Below, piece by piece: positions 20,165 to 29,188 of a DNA stretch of 64,000 bases (position 1 is its first letter; each line of letters starts with the position of its first letter). The DNA comes from a bacterium (GTDB taxonomy: Bacteria; Patescibacteriota; Patescibacteriia; SG8-24): positions 974-64,973 of the forward strand of contig JAHFIW010000001.1 in assembly GCA_023246195.1 (NCBI GenBank), in the 5' to 3' direction. Made by a program: the position numbers and the translations under genes. Below the pieces are notes generated by a model. That model made no database searches. It had not been told where the DNA came from and was given only the letters and a program-made list of their open reading frames with translations.

Positions 20165-20860
20165 CTAAGAAACCTTTTTATCTTCGCCGAAGGCGCCAAG
20201 CATGTCGTCAATGTCGCTTTCGGTAGCACCGAGTCCTTTCTTTGATTCCTCGGCCTGCGCGGCCTTCATGGCATCCTCCTCGGCCTTGAAGCGCTCACCG
20301 GCCTTGGCGATAAGCACGTTGACCTCAGTGCCCGGGATCTTGTTGTCCACGGCCTTCATGCGCCTATCGAGGGCTGCGTTGAAATCCTCCATGGAAGCGA
20401 ACGTGCCGGAATCGATCATTTCGGCCAATGCCTTGCCCTGTTTCGAGCTGACCTCGCCGGCGTTCTCGAGCGAGCGCGCGAACGAGTCGATTTCGGCAGC
20501 CTGCGCATCGAGGCCGGCCTGCTTGTAGGTGTCATGATACAGGCCGAGTTGCTCCTTGAGCGCGGCACGGGCCTGTTTCTCATCGACGCCGGAGTCCTTG
20601 GCCTGCGCCACGAACTTGTCGACGATGCTGCCGAGCTCGGCAATGTTCTTGCCGGCAAAAGCCTTCTGCACTTCGCCGGCAGCCCTGGAACCGAGATCCT
20701 CGACCTTCTTGGCTTCGGCCGCATGACGTTCCATGCTCTCGACGTCGAGCGGCTTGTCGCCAACGACGGGAGAAGCCTCGACGTCGGCCTTAGCGTCCTT
20801 GTCGATTTCCTCTTGGATCATGCGACCGATGTCAGGTGCTCCTTCGCGCATATGTTTCAT
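20165..20860 (-). CDS. Hypothetical acidic all-alpha protein.
   Basis: 231-aa ORF. Composition is protein-like and Ala/Glu/Lys-rich. No recognised domain. Confidence 0.5.
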   Translation of the reverse strand: MKHMREGAPDIGRMIQEEIDKDAKADVEASPVVGDKPLDVESMERHAAEAKKVEDLGSRAAGEVQKAFAGKNIAELGSIVDKFVAQAKDSGVDEKQARAALKEQLGLYHDTYKQAGLDAQAAEIDSFARSLENAGEVSSKQGKALAEMIDSGTFASMEDFNAALDRRMKAVDNKIPGTEVNVLIAKAGERFKAEEDAMKAAQAEESKKGLGATESDIDDMLGAFGEDKKVS

Positions 20861-20957
20861 TTTGTCATCGGCATTCGCCGGAGGATTTACCGGGAGAAAC
20901 CATGAATGCTCATGGCATTACAACGGTAAACATAGCATAAAATGGCGCTTTTGTCAA

Positions 20958-21440
20958 TCATGCCCATGCCTTCACCGCTTCGATTTCCGAGGTGCAAAAC
21001 GGGCAACGAGAAGCGGCTTTCTTGACGACGGAAAGGCACTTGGGACAATCGCGAGAATCGTTCGGCGGTGGCAGCGGTTTCTCCTTGAGGCGGGCCATGA
21101 CGCGCACCAGCAGGAACACGGCGAAGGCAGTAAGAATGAAATCGAGCGCGACGTTGATGAACGTCCCAAAATTAAGAGTGACCGCGCCTGCGGCCCTGGC
21201 GGCTTCCAAAGTTCCGTAATGTCCGCCGGAAAGCGTCACGAACAAGTTGGCGAAGTTGACCTTGCCGACCAGCAGCGATATCGGTGGCGTGAGCAAATCC
21301 GTCACGAGCGAGGTAATGACGCGCCCGAAAGCCGCACCGATGATGATACCGACGGCCAGGTCGACGGCATTGCCCTTCACGAGGAAATTCTTGAAATCAT
21401 CGACGAACTTGGTGCCGGACTTGAGGTCGATGGCGGACAT
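20958..21440 (-). CDS. mscL: Large-conductance mechanosensitive channel MscL with a C-terminal zinc-ribbon extension.
   Basis: Contains FKNFLVKGNAVDLAVGIIIGAAFGRVITSLVTDLLTPP (MscL TM1 signature) and a second TM helix. The extra C-terminus is CPKCLSVVKKAASRCPFCTSEI. Confidence 0.85.
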   Translation of the reverse strand: MSAIDLKSGTKFVDDFKNFLVKGNAVDLAVGIIIGAAFGRVITSLVTDLLTPPISLLVGKVNFANLFVTLSGGHYGTLEAARAAGAVTLNFGTFINVALDFILTAFAVFLLVRVMARLKEKPLPPPNDSRDCPKCLSVVKKAASRCPFCTSEIEAVKAWA

Positions 21441-21486
21441 AAGTGGAGATAATTATGATAGGGACATCTTAGCAAGAACGGACTTA

Positions 21487-21513
21487 TAAAAAAACGACAT
21501 CGTAAGACGTCGT
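21487..21513 (-). terminator. Rho-independent terminator after the Nudix-like gene.
   Basis: Hairpin acgacatcgtaagacgtcgt, followed on the minus strand by a T-run. Confidence 0.55.
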
Positions 21514-21515
21514 CA

Positions 21516-22031
21516 TCAGGAAAGCAGTCGCAGGTGGCGCAGCAGCATCTCGCGCTTAGCCGGACGCGTGGTGGCCATGACCCTGGAAAAGTCGTCCGGA
21601 TGCACCCAGCGTGCGGCCGAAAATTCGGAGGGATTGATCACGACCGCATCCGGCCGCGTACAGGTGATAGCGAAGAAGAAGCAGCGGTCGCCCAAGGCGA
21701 AGCCGCGAACGCCGGTACGAGCGTCCTCCGCGACGAGATCTTCTTCCCCCAAATAGGCGCTGATACTGAAGTGCTGCGGACCGATCGAGATTTTCCGGCG
21801 CAATCCGCGCACCAAGGCGGAACCGACGGACTCCCTCATCTCGATGCCACCTTGAGGGCAACCCCAGTCATCGGCGTCATTGACGGACTGCACGAACAGC
21901 GCCAACCCCTCGTCTTCGCACACGACCAGCGGCACGGTCACCGGCCGGTATTCCCTGTACGCGAACGCGTCGCGCGCCTGTCGGTTGACGCGATCGATCA
22001 CGGAAAGCGAAAGCTGCTCCCTTTTCGGCAT
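21516..22031 (-). CDS. Divergent NUDIX-like hydrolase.
   Basis: 171 aa. A Nudix-box-like segment GCPQGGIEMRESVGSALVRGLRRKISIG is a loose match only. Confidence 0.4.
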   Translation of the reverse strand: MPKREQLSLSVIDRVNRQARDAFAYREYRPVTVPLVVCEDEGLALFVQSVNDADDWGCPQGGIEMRESVGSALVRGLRRKISIGPQHFSISAYLGEEDLVAEDARTGVRGFALGDRCFFFAITCTRPDAVVINPSEFSAARWVHPDDFSRVMATTRPAKREMLLRHLRLLS

Positions 22032-22109
22032 GTTGAGGACTCCTTTTGAAAGGACTTTTTCAGCTTAGGCAATGACGTCGATTGTGGCAAGAAGACAGGC
22101 ATCAATAAA

Positions 22110-22137
22110 AAACGCCCGATCATGTGATCGGGCGGAG
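22110..22137 (-). terminator. Rho-independent terminator after the GMC oxidoreductase gene.
   Basis: Perfect 10-bp stem cgcccgatca-tg-tgatcgggcg, followed on the minus strand by a T-run. Confidence 0.7.
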
Positions 22138-22147
22138 TCGATTTGCC

Positions 22148-23746
22148 TCACCGTCTTTCCGCGATGCCTTGCGCGATACGGTCGGCGAGAGCCATGCACG
22201 TGAGCATCGGATTCACCGCGGGACTCCCGACGAAGATGCCGGTGTCAGCGACATAAAGGTTGCGAATCTCGTGATGCCGTCCATGCTCGTCGACCACGCC
22301 GTCCTGGGACCGTTTTGACATGCGCGTGGTACCGAACGCGTGGTTCGATCCGATGACCGCGTCACTCGGCTTGAACGTCTTGGTCCGCAGGATCTCGGCT
22401 TCCTGTCTTGAGAACAGGATGTCGGGAATGCCGTTGATGCCCGGAAGGATGCCGACCGCACCGGACGCCCAACAGATGTCCGACAGGATGCGCAGGCCTT
22501 TCATGAGCCGTGCCATGTCCTCTTCGTGCAAGTCGAAGGAAATGCGAGGATTCCAGCCAAATTTGGATGCCCGCACCCGACCGCGAGACCGGTACGCGCC
22601 GGCGATGACATCGAACGGCGCCATACGATCGTAGCTGAGGAGGTTTCGCTGGTAGTCGTGCCCAGTTCCGGGCAGACGTGTGGCGAGGATGGCCGGAGGC
22701 GCCCAAAGCACCTCGAGCTTGATGCCCTCGTTGATGTAGTGCAGCGAGTGGTAGCCCTGCGTCGCGCCGACCCATGGATCTATCACCTCATCGTACACGG
22801 CCATGACGGCCAGTCCCGGGTGGAACTGGAGTTCTTGGCCGACCCACCGTCCGTTCAAGCCGCTTTTCTGCAGGATGACCGGCGTTTGCATGCAGCCGGC
22901 GGCGAGCACGACGAACGTGGCGTGAATCTCGACCTCATGGCTTTCCCGCGAGGTAAAGGGTTCGACGACATGACCGCGAATGCCGCGCACGACGCTGCCG
23001 TCATGCAGAACGCGCTCGGCGCGCACGCTGGTGTAGACGCGAGCGCCCGCCCGGATGGCCGCGGGGACGTAACTCACGTCCATGGAGCGCTTGGCTCCGG
23101 TGCGACAGCCGGTGAAACACTCTGCGGAGCCCTTACAGCCCTTGACGTTGCGACGCGTTGGCTCGCTCGACATGCCGAGGGAATCGCAACCCATCTTGAA
23201 ACGCAAGTTGCGCTGTCCGAGCACTTCTTGGGAAGTGGGCTCGACACCGAGAAACTGCTCGACGCGCGCGTAATGCGGATCAAGCGCTTCTCTCGTGAGG
23301 TCGATGCCCGTGCATTCCTGCCACGACTCGATCGTAAAGGCCGGCGCCCTTGCGCAGATTGCCGAATTGACGAGCGAACCGCCGCCCAAGCCGTTGGCCT
23401 GCATGGTCGGCATGTAGGCGTTGCCCATTGCCACCCTGGTACCCTGCCCACGCAAGGTACGCTGCATCGCCGCGCCGGCATCCTGCCTGAAGTCGGCGGC
23501 GCCGAAGGGCGGCCCTTCCTCGAGAAGAATGACGTCGAAGCCGGCTTCCGCGAGCTCCTTGGCGACGACTGCGCCGCCAGGACCGGAACCGATGACGATC
23601 GCCTCGCAGGATGTCGTGATACGGCCGGTATAGTCCGCGAAGACCTTCACGCCACGATGCGGTGATTCGTCCAGCACCTTAATCGTGCTCACGGCGACAC
23701 CGTATCGCGTCGGCTCGACATGATGAACGAGGCGACGCGCGGGCAT
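22148..23746 (-). CDS. GMC-family FAD-dependent oxidoreductase. The start is uncertain; the maximal ORF runs to 23914.
   Basis: FAD-binding AIVIGSGPGGAVVAKELAEAGFDVILLEEG near the N-terminus. The length is typical of GMC enzymes, and a small accessory subunit is encoded just upstream. Confidence 0.8.
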   Translation of the reverse strand: MPARRLVHHVEPTRYGVAVSTIKVLDESPHRGVKVFADYTGRITTSCEAIVIGSGPGGAVVAKELAEAGFDVILLEEGPPFGAADFRQDAGAAMQRTLRGQGTRVAMGNAYMPTMQANGLGGGSLVNSAICARAPAFTIESWQECTGIDLTREALDPHYARVEQFLGVEPTSQEVLGQRNLRFKMGCDSLGMSSEPTRRNVKGCKGSAECFTGCRTGAKRSMDVSYVPAAIRAGARVYTSVRAERVLHDGSVVRGIRGHVVEPFTSRESHEVEIHATFVVLAAGCMQTPVILQKSGLNGRWVGQELQFHPGLAVMAVYDEVIDPWVGATQGYHSLHYINEGIKLEVLWAPPAILATRLPGTGHDYQRNLLSYDRMAPFDVIAGAYRSRGRVRASKFGWNPRISFDLHEEDMARLMKGLRILSDICWASGAVGILPGINGIPDILFSRQEAEILRTKTFKPSDAVIGSNHAFGTTRMSKRSQDGVVDEHGRHHEIRNLYVADTGIFVGSPAVNPMLTCMALADRIAQGIAERR

Positions 23747-24081
23747 GCAAAATATCCCATCGTCATGATCGCGCGCATCGACATGAAGATGACGCGCCGA
23801 AAGTACAGCGTACTCACGGCCATGTCCTCGAAGACGCGAGTCCTCTCGGCGTGCGACAGGCGCGTGAAGCGCGAGCGACGCGGACCGAACAGCAGCGGGC
23901 TGAGCTGGATGCACAGGAACAGCATGCGGACCAGGAAGCGCTGCACCCAGTGCAGGCCCAAAAGGTACGCATCGACATAGGCGACGAGTCCGGCCCTGGT
24001 ACCCGAGACGGGTATCGGACCGGCAGAAGGAAACATGGTGTCCGCACAGGCGGCAACCACGGCACGTTCACTTTTCATCAT
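23689..24081 (-). CDS. Small accessory subunit of a GMC oxidoreductase (gluconate 2-dehydrogenase subunit-3-like).
   Basis: About 130 aa from MMKSERAVVAACADTMFPSAGPIPVSGTRAGLVAYVDAYL, typical of this family, immediately upstream of the GMC gene. Confidence 0.6.
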   Translation of the reverse strand: MMKSERAVVAACADTMFPSAGPIPVSGTRAGLVAYVDAYLLGLHWVQRFLVRMLFLCIQLSPLLFGPRRSRFTRLSHAERTRVFEDMAVSTLYFRRVIFMSMRAIMTMGYFACPRVASFIMSSRRDTVSP

Positions 24082-24237
24082 TCGGTGTACCTCCGTATTT
24101 CGTTTCGACACATGTGAAAGAACCCAATCCAAGATAAGCAACAAAAGAGGCGAAAGTCAAGTATCCGCGCTTCGTGAAATCGGCAAAAATCGTGACAATA
24201 ATGAGTCATCGCCGGCGCTGCAACTAATAACGACAAG

Positions 24238-24696
24238 ATGATCACCTGGTTTCTAGGAAATATCGTCGGAGTTTTAGGTATCGTGGTCGGCGGCTTCATT
24301 GCTTACCATGTCTATTTCCTTTCCGAGAAGATTGATTTGCGCGACAAATTAGTTCACAGGAACACGCTTAGGAAGCAGGTCGAATTTCTGCTTCACAGAA
24401 TAGGCTCAGGAAGCCAAAGCGACGTAGAGATGGTCAATTCTAAGAAATATGAGAAGCATTATCCGCATAATAACGAAATGAACAGGGACGGCTACACTTA
24501 TCTGAGGGCCGAGCTTAAGTCTCTGCGTTTTGATGGCGTGGAATTTTTCTGTGACATGGCACGCGAAATTTATCAGCACACTGCTGGCACCTTTCGTTTC
24601 GAAAAGGATTCCGACGACCAAAAAGAGTCCATGATTGTTTATCCAGTGGGCCTCTTACCCTACGAGTGGATCGTGCACATCGCACTCTCAGGGTGA
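24238..24696 (+). CDS. Orphan membrane-anchored protein encoded on an AT-rich segment.
   Basis: 152 aa with the N-terminal TM helix MITWFLGNIVGVLGIVVGGFIAYHVYFL. The surrounding 24.1-24.9 kb is about 40% GC by eye. No domain recognised. Confidence 0.5.
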   Translation: MITWFLGNIVGVLGIVVGGFIAYHVYFLSEKIDLRDKLVHRNTLRKQVEFLLHRIGSGSQSDVEMVNSKKYEKHYPHNNEMNRDGYTYLRAELKSLRFDGVEFFCDMAREIYQHTAGTFRFEKDSDDQKESMIVYPVGLLPYEWIVHIALSG

Positions 24697-24809
24697 CGAA
24701 TTCAGCTATAGACCACAATTTTTTACCCCTTTCAAAGGCTTAAAAAAATCCACGTCCTCTGCCGCTCTTCAGGGCATTATTCCCAACTTTGCCGTCGGTT
24801 GCGCAATAC

Positions 24810-24841
24810 ACAAAAACCACAGGTAACTGTGGTTTTTGTGT
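24810..24841. terminator. Perfect hairpin terminator (bidirectional).
   Basis: cacaaaaaccacagg-taa-ctgtggtttttgtg has a perfect 13-bp stem with A/T runs on both sides. Confidence 0.7.
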
Positions 24842-24908
24842 GACTCGAGACAACGGGATTAGAACTTTTTTTCAACTTTATAGATTGCCCTGTTGTTTTA
24901 AAGTATTT

Positions 24909-24938
24909 GAGTTTCCACGATAAAGACTTCGGTTGGTG
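24909..24938. repeat. Left copy of an imperfect 30-bp direct repeat (att-like).
   Basis: gagtttccacgataaagacttcggttggtg compared with 27046-27075 gagtctccacgataaaaagtttggttggta matches at about 26 of 30 positions. Confidence 0.6.
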
Positions 24939-24968
24939 CGGCGCATCTCGCTAATACGCCCAACAAAC

Positions 24969-25946
24969 CTACTTCTTAAAAATCCCGAACGTCGAAAACG
25001 TTGTCCTGCCAGAACCGTGTGGGTCGTTGTACTCGACAGTCGACCCGTCTACCCACTTTGGCGCGAACGGGCGGCTCACGGTTGCCGCAACGATCACGAC
25101 CTTCTTTTTCGTCGCCAGGTCGTAGACAGAGAGCGTGGACATTCGGGGCGCGGCATGTTCTACGTCGGGGTTATAGTCGCCGAACGCCAGCGTTCGAGAG
25201 GCCGGCTCGACGGCGGACTCGTTGAGGATGACGCCGAAATCGGCTATCGGATAGGCAGACAGGACCATAACCGCCGTGTCGAACGCGTAGATGTCAGTAA
25301 TCTGCGGGCCCTGATTTGCCGTGAGCCACAGGACGCCCCCGTGCCAGAAGAGCGGGTTGAGCATCTTGCCCTGACCGAAGCCTCTCAAGTCCTTTCCGGC
25401 GAGGATCTTCAGGACGTTTCCAACGGAATCAATAAGCGCGAAGCTCCCGGCCGTATCGCCATGTAATACCGCGATCTCCTTACCGTCCGGGGAGACGCGG
25501 AAGTCGAGGCCCTTGGCGGAATAGACCTTCGACCCCGCTGCAGATTGATCGTATTCCCAGAGTTCGTCCGTCCAGTTGGTATTGGCGGGATTATCGCTAC
25601 CCGTCGTCCGCCTGATGACGTAAAGCGTTCCCTCGACGAACTCGGCGGGATGGTAGTCATCGCGATATACGTCCGGAAGAGTCATGAATCGCGTTTCCAC
25701 GTTCGCTTTCGCGTCATATAGGTAGACGATGGTCATTCGCGGGTCCTTCGGATCCTGTTTGAGATGAACGTCGTAGGACCCTCGGACAGCGGCACTTTTC
25801 TGTTGCGCCGGTACGACGGGGGTCTCCTGATTCTCATCCGACGAACTAAGATAAAAAAAGACGGCAACTGACGCACCCAACAGCGCAAGAACTCCCAGCA
25901 GAATCAATGGCAAAGATGCCGCCTTAAGTTTTTGTTTCGATTTCAC
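24969..25946 (-). CDS. Secreted PD40/TolB-like beta-propeller repeat protein.
   Basis: Signal/TM segment MVKSKQKLKAASLPLILLGVLALLGASVAVFF. Contains RVSPDGKEIAV, the PD40 repeat signature. Confidence 0.6.
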   Translation of the reverse strand: MKSKQKLKAASLPLILLGVLALLGASVAVFFYLSSSDENQETPVVPAQQKSAAVRGSYDVHLKQDPKDPRMTIVYLYDAKANVETRFMTLPDVYRDDYHPAEFVEGTLYVIRRTTGSDNPANTNWTDELWEYDQSAAGSKVYSAKGLDFRVSPDGKEIAVLHGDTAGSFALIDSVGNVLKILAGKDLRGFGQGKMLNPLFWHGGVLWLTANQGPQITDIYAFDTAVMVLSAYPIADFGVILNESAVEPASRTLAFGDYNPDVEHAAPRMSTLSVYDLATKKKVVIVAATVSRPFAPKWVDGSTVEYNDPHGSGRTTFSTFGIFKK

Positions 25947-26041
25947 CATAAAAAAATAAAAAAATGACGGTGTCCGCACCCGCCATTGGCCGGATAACGG
26001 ACATCGTCATTATAGATTGAATCGTCGCGATGGTCGACTTC

Positions 26042-26674
26042 TCAGTTGAGGTCCCGCCACCGCGTTGATGTGCCGAAGATGGAGAGATATTTCGAGGTCC
26101 CGTCCCACGGATCGACGATGAGGTAACTGCTGGCGGAAGATGTGCTCCCGCCGTTGTAGCCGTAGGCGAGCACCTTGTGGCCGCTCCCCCAAGGCACGTC
26201 GATCATGACCGGGCGGTTGGCGCAAATCGTCGTAGCTACCGCAGACAGGCTGCCGAGATCGGTCACACTGTGAGGACCGCCGCGCGAGTTTATCGCGCAC
26301 GAGACGTCGATGAGTGAGCTTCCCGGCCCGAAGCAACCCGCCGACTTCGCCGAACTGTTGAGCTGTGACGGAGTGGTCGACGTCAGCCACTGGTCCTGAT
26401 AAGTCATGGAGAGGCAGGTCAGGACGCACCCGTAGTTCCCGATCGTGTCCGTGCTGCTGTTGCCCAGAAGCACGTTTTTCCACATCGAATCGTTCTGCGA
26501 GTACCAGACCCCGAGCGAGATCCTGCTCACGTAGCACGACGACAGTGCCTGACTTTCGGTACCAATATCTTCGGAACCGGAGGGGTTTGATGATGCCTCA
26601 TTCACAGCCCCGCTGCACGCGAACACCAGCGTGCTCGCGAAAGCCAAGATGACCAGCCAGACGAAACGTTTCAT
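26042..26674 (-). CDS. Lipoprotein with a papain-like, C39-like cysteine peptidase domain.
   Basis: Signal peptide with lipobox LVFAC-SG. Candidate catalytic Cys in NYGCVLTCLSMTYQ and candidate His in WGSGHKVLAYGY. Confidence 0.55.
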   Translation of the reverse strand: MKRFVWLVILAFASTLVFACSGAVNEASSNPSGSEDIGTESQALSSCYVSRISLGVWYSQNDSMWKNVLLGNSSTDTIGNYGCVLTCLSMTYQDQWLTSTTPSQLNSSAKSAGCFGPGSSLIDVSCAINSRGGPHSVTDLGSLSAVATTICANRPVMIDVPWGSGHKVLAYGYNGGSTSSASSYLIVDPWDGTSKYLSIFGTSTRWRDLN

Positions 26675-27045
26675 GACGTTTTCAACCTTTCCGTTTCAGT
26701 TTTTACTGCTATTTTTCCACTCAATTATTAAGTGGCCGCGCCAATGTACTACGGATAACTTTCTTTGTCAAGAACATATTCATCGGATGAACCCGAGCGA
26801 AATGGACGAAAAGATGGGAAAGACACAAAATGTTCGGTAATTTCTTCATAAAAACCGCCACCCCTTCGGGTATGCGGTCTTTCATCAACCTGCCTGCTGG
26901 GACTCCGGTCATGTCGGAAGGCGCCCTGCCCCATTTTTTTTCGGGACTCGGATCGCCAGCACCAGATCGGCTAGTGGCAGAGCTGATGCGCTTCGAACCC
27001 CTGCTTTTTCAACCACGCGGGTCGCCCCGCCGTCCTAAAGCACTC

Positions 27046-27075
27046 GAGTCTCCACGATAAAAAGTTTGGTTGGTA
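27046..27075. repeat. Right copy of the 30-bp direct repeat, overlapping the 3' end of tRNA-Glu.
   Basis: See 24909-24938. Its last 5 nt are the tRNA-Glu 3' end (TGGTA, the reverse complement of TACCA). Confidence 0.6.
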
Positions 27076-27148
27076 GTCCCAAGGGGATTCGAACCCCTGT
27101 TTACCCCGTGAGAGGGGGTCGTCCTGGACCGGGCTAGACGATGGGACC
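27071..27148 (-). tRNA. tRNA-Glu (anticodon CUC)
   Basis: The reverse complement folds as a cloverleaf: acceptor GGTCCCA/TGGGACT, anticodon arm ACCCC-CTCTCAC-GGGGT, T-arm AGGGG-TTCGAAT-CCCCT, discriminator A, encoded CCA. It closely resembles bacterial tRNA-Glu. Confidence 0.85.
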
Positions 27149-27255
27149 TCATTTGGCTGAGCCGATTCCGACGCTACGCGGCTCCTTTCGTGTTGGAGAC
27201 TGTAGCAAAAACGTTTGGGTTTGTCGAGGCCCTTTCAGTCCGCGAGGGAAGGGAA

Positions 27256-27282
27256 TAAAAAAGCGCCCGATGAAACGGGCGC
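27256..27282 (-). terminator. Rho-independent terminator after sixA-like gene.
   Basis: Hairpin gcgcccgatgaaacgggcgc, followed on the minus strand by a T-run, 7 nt after the stop. Confidence 0.6.
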
Positions 27283-27288
27283 ACGGGC

Positions 27289-27771
27289 TCAGGAGCCGGA
27301 ACCGCCGACGGTGACGCACTCGCCGGTCTCGCAGTCGAGCACGCGGGCCTGTCCCCTATTGACGGCCAGCTGCGGTGGGACGGACTTCAGGCCGTTGCGG
27401 AGTGCGTAACCCGATGGCAAGCTCAGGCAATATTCGAGATGGGTCACGACGACCAGCGTCTCGGCATGCGGCGCAAGCGTCTCCACGTAGACCAGCGCGG
27501 CGAAGTCGTCTCGAGGCTTCGGACCGTCGCCACTCCAGAGCAGGTCGTCGCGGTGCACCCTGGTGCCGGGAATGCCGAGGGCATGAATGAGTATGCGAGC
27601 GCTGCCGATGGCTCGCAGCGCCGTCGACGTCATCACCAGCACTTCGGACACGTCACCGACGACGTGCGGACGAAGAAGTTCGGAAAGATCCCGAATCTGC
27701 GCCTCGCCCCGGAGGCTCAGTCGTCGATCGGCGTCGATTTCTCCGTGTCGGCAGACAATCAATTTTTTCAT
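27289..27771 (-). CDS. Histidine phosphatase family protein (SixA-like phosphohistidine phosphatase).
   Basis: MKKLIVCRHGEID carries the RHG catalytic motif. 160 aa. Confidence 0.7.
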   Translation of the reverse strand: MKKLIVCRHGEIDADRRLSLRGEAQIRDLSELLRPHVVGDVSEVLVMTSTALRAIGSARILIHALGIPGTRVHRDDLLWSGDGPKPRDDFAALVYVETLAPHAETLVVVTHLEYCLSLPSGYALRNGLKSVPPQLAVNRGQARVLDCETGECVTVGGSGS

Positions 27772-27880
27772 GTGTCCTCCTCGGATTACCGAGGCTGAAC
27801 CATAGGAAAAAACCGTCTGGCCGTCAATGCCTTTCTGACAAAAAAACCGCCCATGTCGGGCGGATCTTGCGACAAGGCAG

Positions 27881-29170
27881 CTATGGGGCGTCCAGCCATT
27901 CCCGGTCTTGGCGCACCAGCAACGTAGGCGCGTCCAGCGGTTCGGCCATGATTTCCTTGACCACGCGCTCCATGCGCATGCCCTGGGAGCCCTTCACCAG
28001 GACGAAGTCGCCCATCTTCATCTTCTCCTGAACGAAACGTCCGGCCTCATCGGCGCTGCCGAAGTGGAAGATGCGTTCATCGCCGACGCCGGCCTGCTTG
28101 GCGGCGATTTCGGCCTCGTGCATGCGCTCGCCTGCCAGGACGATGAGGTCCGCGCACTCGGCGGCCTTCTTGCCGACGGCGGCATGGCCCTCCGCAGTAG
28201 CCGAACCGAGCTCGAGCATGTCGCCAAGCACGGCGATGCGCTTTGCACCTTCGGGGACGGGGAGATCGCGCAACACTTCGAGCGCGGCCAGCGCGCTCTT
28301 TGGCGCAGAATTGTAAGTGTCGTCGATGATGACCGTGTGCTTGATGCCCGGCACGTACCGCAGGCGTCCGGACGGAGCCCTGTACAGGCTCAACGCGTCA
28401 GCAATCTCTATGAGGTTCATGCCCTTCACCAATCCGACAGCAGCGGCGGCGAGCACCGCGTACATGCCGTGTTTGCCGAGCACGTTGGGGACGAAGACCG
28501 GCACGGTCGCTCCGGCAGCGGACATCTTGAATCGCATGCCGCACTCGTGATCGATGGCGCACATGTACGCCAGCGATTCCGGAAGGGCGCGCACGCCGGC
28601 TTCCTCATGGAAGCCATACGACATCACCGTGGCCTTGGTCTTGTTGCGCATCGCCCAGACGCGCTCGTCGTCGCGATTGAGGACGGCAAAACCGTTCTTG
28701 GGCAGGCGCTCAACGAGCACCCGTTTTTCCTTGGCAATCTCCTCGACCGTACCCATGAATTCCAAGTGGCTCTCCCCCACCGACGTCTCCACGCCGATCA
28801 GCGGCGAAGCGATATCGCAGAGGTAGGCGATGTCGCCGGGATGCGTCAGGCCGTACTCGAGCACGAGCATTTTGGGGAAATCCTTGGCACCGAAGGCCTT
28901 GATCTTCCAGGCGTTCCAAAGCACGCCGACCCAGGCAAGCGTGGACTTGCCGCCCGTGGGCAGATTGAGTACTGACAACGGCAGGCCGATTTCGGTGTTG
29001 AAATTCTTGGGGCTGTGACGGATACGGAAACGCTTGCCCAGGACGGCACTGACGGCCTCCTTGGCAGAGCTTTTTCCGACAGAGCCCGTCACGCCGATGA
29101 TTTCCGGCTTTTCCTTTGCGATAACCGCCCTTGCGGCATTGGCGAGCGAGGATTCTATGAACTTGCGCAT
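27881..29170 (-). CDS. murF: UDP-N-acetylmuramoyl-tripeptide--D-alanyl-D-alanine ligase
   Basis: 429 aa. GVTGSVGKSSAKEA P-loop and Mur ligase central and C-terminal domains. Confidence 0.85.
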   Translation of the reverse strand: MRKFIESSLANAARAVIAKEKPEIIGVTGSVGKSSAKEAVSAVLGKRFRIRHSPKNFNTEIGLPLSVLNLPTGGKSTLAWVGVLWNAWKIKAFGAKDFPKMLVLEYGLTHPGDIAYLCDIASPLIGVETSVGESHLEFMGTVEEIAKEKRVLVERLPKNGFAVLNRDDERVWAMRNKTKATVMSYGFHEEAGVRALPESLAYMCAIDHECGMRFKMSAAGATVPVFVPNVLGKHGMYAVLAAAAVGLVKGMNLIEIADALSLYRAPSGRLRYVPGIKHTVIIDDTYNSAPKSALAALEVLRDLPVPEGAKRIAVLGDMLELGSATAEGHAAVGKKAAECADLIVLAGERMHEAEIAAKQAGVGDERIFHFGSADEAGRFVQEKMKMGDFVLVKGSQGMRMERVVKEIMAEPLDAPTLLVRQDREWLDAP

Positions 29171-29188
29171 AACGACGGTCCTTGCGGG

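Noticed and set aside
26631-27060. Small ORFs in the 26.68-27.06 kb spacer (for example 26830-27060 +, 76 aa; 26721-26912 -, 63 aa).
   Set aside because: Short, overlapping on both strands, with no RBS or conserved features. The region looks like non-coding, decayed DNA adjacent to the tRNA.
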